A stretch of DNA of 56,567 bases, taken from Corallochytrium limacisporum Hawaii (taxonomy: Eukaryota > Protista > Pluriformea). Below, piece after piece: positions 54,469 through 56,567 of this stretch; position 1 is the first letter of the stretch; every line of letters starts with the position of its first letter. The stretch lies in NCBI GenBank assembly GCA_002811645.1, contig PDIP01000054.1:1-56567 (forward strand). Direction: 5' to 3'. The position numbers and the translations under genes were made by a program. The notes beneath the pieces were generated by a model, which searched no databases, was not told the DNA's origin, and saw only the letters and a program-made list of their open reading frames with translations.

Positions 54469-55747
54469 GGCTAGCCGCCATCAAGGAACAGGTGATTCAT
54501 GGCAGGTGCTCTCGTTGAATCGTTGCTTGAATATGTAGTACGCGGCCGCGTACGTCAACAAGAAGGACACAGGCACACACATTTTGCACTATGTTTAGCA
54601 AATTAACCCCTTTGCGTAATCCATTTTGATTTATGATTATAGCATACATACAAAAGCTCTCTACTGGTTTACAAGAAACTGTTTCAGTTGTTACTTCCTC
54701 CTTGATGGCCGCACCACAGGCGCAGAACACGATTCAATCACCGAGCATGTCAGACAAGGCGACCATCCGTGGACTTCCACATCATCGGTCGAAACCGTTT
54801 TTGGCTCCAGCGAGCTGAGTGCGCATCGCAACCGACAATCTCCTACTTTCATGGAAAATTGGATCTTCGTAGCAGCTTGCGTTATGGGACAAAATGTGTG
54901 ATCTCTGGTCGGGTATTGCAGAATACGCAGTGTTGGATGGGCGCCCTTCGCTCAGCTGCTTCATCATCATCCTCCCCCTCATTGTTCTGTGCCCACTTCT
55001 CCTACATATGATCTTCCTTGGGGTGCCGCGTCGCCGGCTACAGCTCGTGAGTCGGGCATCCTAAGGGCATGGTACGACCGATTACTTGCTTTGGATTTAT
55101 CTGTACTAGTCACCAACTCGATGTCTTTGTGAAGCACTCACAAAGATCTCACAATCGGGACCATCTATTCCCTATACGCTTGCCGGTGGATGTACGAAAC
55201 TTCGAACCGTATGCACAGCCTGCTGTTGTCTGGCGCGTTGCACTTGCATGCTGCCCGAGTAGGCATGTGGTGTAGCTGTTGCTGGTACCGGGCACAAATC
55301 CAGCCGCAGCAATCGAACCGTACCATCGATGCGATACGCGATGTACGCACGCCCGCAAAAATTAGGGCCTTCAGACCAAACCATTTCCTTCTCCTTCGCC
55401 TCCCAAAGCGGGACCGTCGTGCATGGGGAAAGCATTGGCTGGTGGTCCCGGACCAGAAATATACCGCCGTCCCAGACCTGAGGCGTCCGTGTGTGATTTC
55501 ACAAATCTCGCTGGCCGCGCAACCCTTCCATCGTTTCCGTTCCCCAGGCCCCCCACCTACCCCTTTCCCGTCCTCTCACCCACCCCCTTGCCTCCGCCCC
55601 ATGGCCCTCTATAGTAAATCAGTCGCCTAAAAACCTGCCGAATGGGGCAGGTCTTAGAGCAATCGATCAACCCGCCCCGTAATATAACCGGGCTCATCCT
55701 TCCGTCGCGGGACCTTTTCCCAAGGGCCCACTACAGCCCCACAGCCA

Positions 55748-55795
55748 CAGAGAGAGAGAGAGAGAGTGTGTGTGTGTGTGTGTGTGTGAGTGTGA
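55748..55795. repeat. Compound (GA)n(GT)n microsatellite
   Basis: Read directly. Confidence 0.92.
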
Positions 55796-56567
55796 GCAAA
55801 GAGGGGAGGGTTAAAAAATCGACAGAGTTCCAGGAAGGGGTGAAGAAATTCTCTTCATTTTGGTATTGAATGTATGGGAATTTTGCCTGCCTCAGGGCTT
55901 TCCTTTTGTTTTCATTTCACCCTGTCCTGCTCTACTGACGGTCAGCAAGGCACGATAGACCTTGGACTGGGAGGAGGGGATGGACCAAAGGTAGGAAGAC
56001 CGGAACATTGGAGTCCTACATTCACTACCGTTCGCACAGCTTGGAAAACCGGAAGAGGAGGTAAATAAAGGGGAGAGGAAAATAGGAAACAAAGAAGCGG
56101 TGAACCAACACGCCCCCTCCAAACCGGAGAGGGAAGGGAAGTTTCGGGGGGGGGGGAAGAAAGAACTTTGCGCCCCTGTCCGAGGCTTAGCTCTCAGTCC
56201 CCAGTGACAGAGGAGAGCGGGAGCCTCAGGAACCCAAAAGCAAAAAAAAAATAAGAAAAGGGACAAAGCCGACTGTTGCATAGCCAGCCCAAGGTCCCGC
56301 AGTAGTTATTTTTTCTCACTTTTCCCCTTGCGTTCATTACTGCAAGGGAAAAAGAAAGAAAAAGGCGAAGAAATTTTCTTCATCAAAAACGCTGGTTTAG
56401 TCCTTTTTCTATTCTAATGGTGAGCTCTGCCTCAGAACCGACCAACCCAAACCCCCCTCCCTCCCTCCCTCCCCTCTCTTAACCCGGCTTTTTCCGAGTT
56501 TCTTCTTAACGCACACCCCGCCTTTGCAAGTACCACCCTCTGTCTGGGAATATTGTATCAAATCTAC

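Noticed and set aside
1-56567. CRISPR arrays, tRNA/rRNA genes, transposase/RT/integrase ORFs, alternative genetic code
   Set aside because: No repeat-spacer arrays, cloverleaves or mobile-element motifs were seen by eye. Intact genes end in TAA, TAG and TGA, consistent with the standard code.

Overview
A compact eukaryotic chromosomal segment with 20 recognisable protein-coding genes: two tandem MCT/SLC16-like MFS transporters, site-1 protease, Asp-semialdehyde dehydrogenase, rhodanese, MYG1, syntaxin, Ran, an M19 dipeptidase, BolA, thioredoxin, 1-Cys peroxiredoxin, a GRIP golgin, CIB, stand-alone PurN, dynactin p62, AUP1-like, PYROXD1, a Slo/BK-like channel and ArfGAP1. Every CDS reads as one uninterrupted ORF, up to about 4 kb. 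Animal-type genes together with a fungal-type ASD and stand-alone PurN suggest an intron-poor unicellular opisthokont or holozoan (inference; Corallochytrium-like). Family calls come from motif recognition, not database searches. I found no multi-gene novel system I can demonstrate. The best leads are: (1) a Slo/BK-like channel lacking the TVGYG filter and the Ca2+ bowl, with a Cys-rich insert in RCK2; (2) a ~137-nt box C/D RNA candidate with a 13-nt complement to the 18S rRNA 5' end; (3) canonical-looking introns found mainly in ORF-free DNA, possibly snoRNA host transcripts; (4) recurrent, often palindromic poly(C)/poly(G) elements about 200-550 bp upstream of start codons; (5) a bacterial-type dipeptidase; (6) a stop-interrupted coding-like locus. 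No tRNA, rRNA, CRISPR array or recognisable transposon was seen.
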